The position numbers and the translations under genes were made by a program. The notes under the pieces are model-generated. The model was not told the origin of the DNA and searched no databases. It saw nothing but the letters and a program-made list of their open reading frames with translations. Of a DNA stretch of 64,000 nucleotides, positions 63,722 through 64,000 are shown in pieces. The stretch comes from Neoechinorhynchus agilis (lineage: Eukaryota > Animalia > Acanthocephala), in the NCBI GenBank assembly GCA_051530055.1, contig CM121342.1:1274797-1338796 (forward strand). The letters are read 5' to 3'. Positions within the stretch are counted from its first letter, which is position 1. Every line of letters starts with the position of its first letter.

Positions 63722-64000
63722 GCGATCGAACCTGTTCAAAAAATAAGGAACGCTTCACGATTTTAGGTTTCATCCTTACGCAGGCGCCACAGGGAAGCTT
63801 TCGGAAATAAATCGGAATAATAATCCATCAATACTAATTTAGATCGAAAAAGACGATCCTCGGTTAAAAAAGTACTTTTTTTAGAAAAAGGTGCTTCTCA
63901 AAAAAGAAAAGCCGCAGTTGCAATGGATCGACTTTGAAATCTCAATAGTTAGAAAAGCTGACGGCGATCGAAACTGTTCAAAGAATATGGAACGCTTCAC
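63722..64000 (+). repeat. Possible start of another tandem repeat (period ~244)
   Basis: GCGATCGAA(C/A)CTGTTCAAA(A/G)AATA(A/T)GGAACGCTTCAC occurs at 63722 and 63966. The second copy is cut by the window end. Confidence 0.5.

Overview
AT-rich eukaryotic DNA, probably from a fast-evolving bilaterian animal, with very short GT-AG introns (33-55 nt where I could define them). From left to right: (i) a 2-kb pile of heavily deleted Penelope and Gypsy fragments, followed by a ~177-bp tandem array built from a Penelope GIY-YIG motif; (ii) a very divergent multi-exon dynein heavy chain gene on the minus strand (~4.7-22 kb); (iii) more TE debris, a small roh/CG30415-like gene and a Gly/Met/Gln-repeat gene; (iv) intronless RPL13A, a ~13.2-kb array of ~44 copies of a 302-308-bp satellite, and a CDV3-like gene; (v) a 45-62.5-kb region made of two interleaved inverted segmental duplications, carrying a claudin-like gene pair, an unknown gene pair, four copies of a spliced 59-aa membrane microprotein, CRE-clade non-LTR fragments and a Tudor-domain gene. 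The most notable hidden structure is three minimal type I hammerhead ribozyme motifs of the Penelope type. Two sit in the arms of a ~145-bp inverted pseudo-LTR hairpin inserted into the 3' end of the Tudor ORF, and one lies inside a short inverted-repeat element. All alignments, counts and family calls were made by eye and from memory, without database searches.
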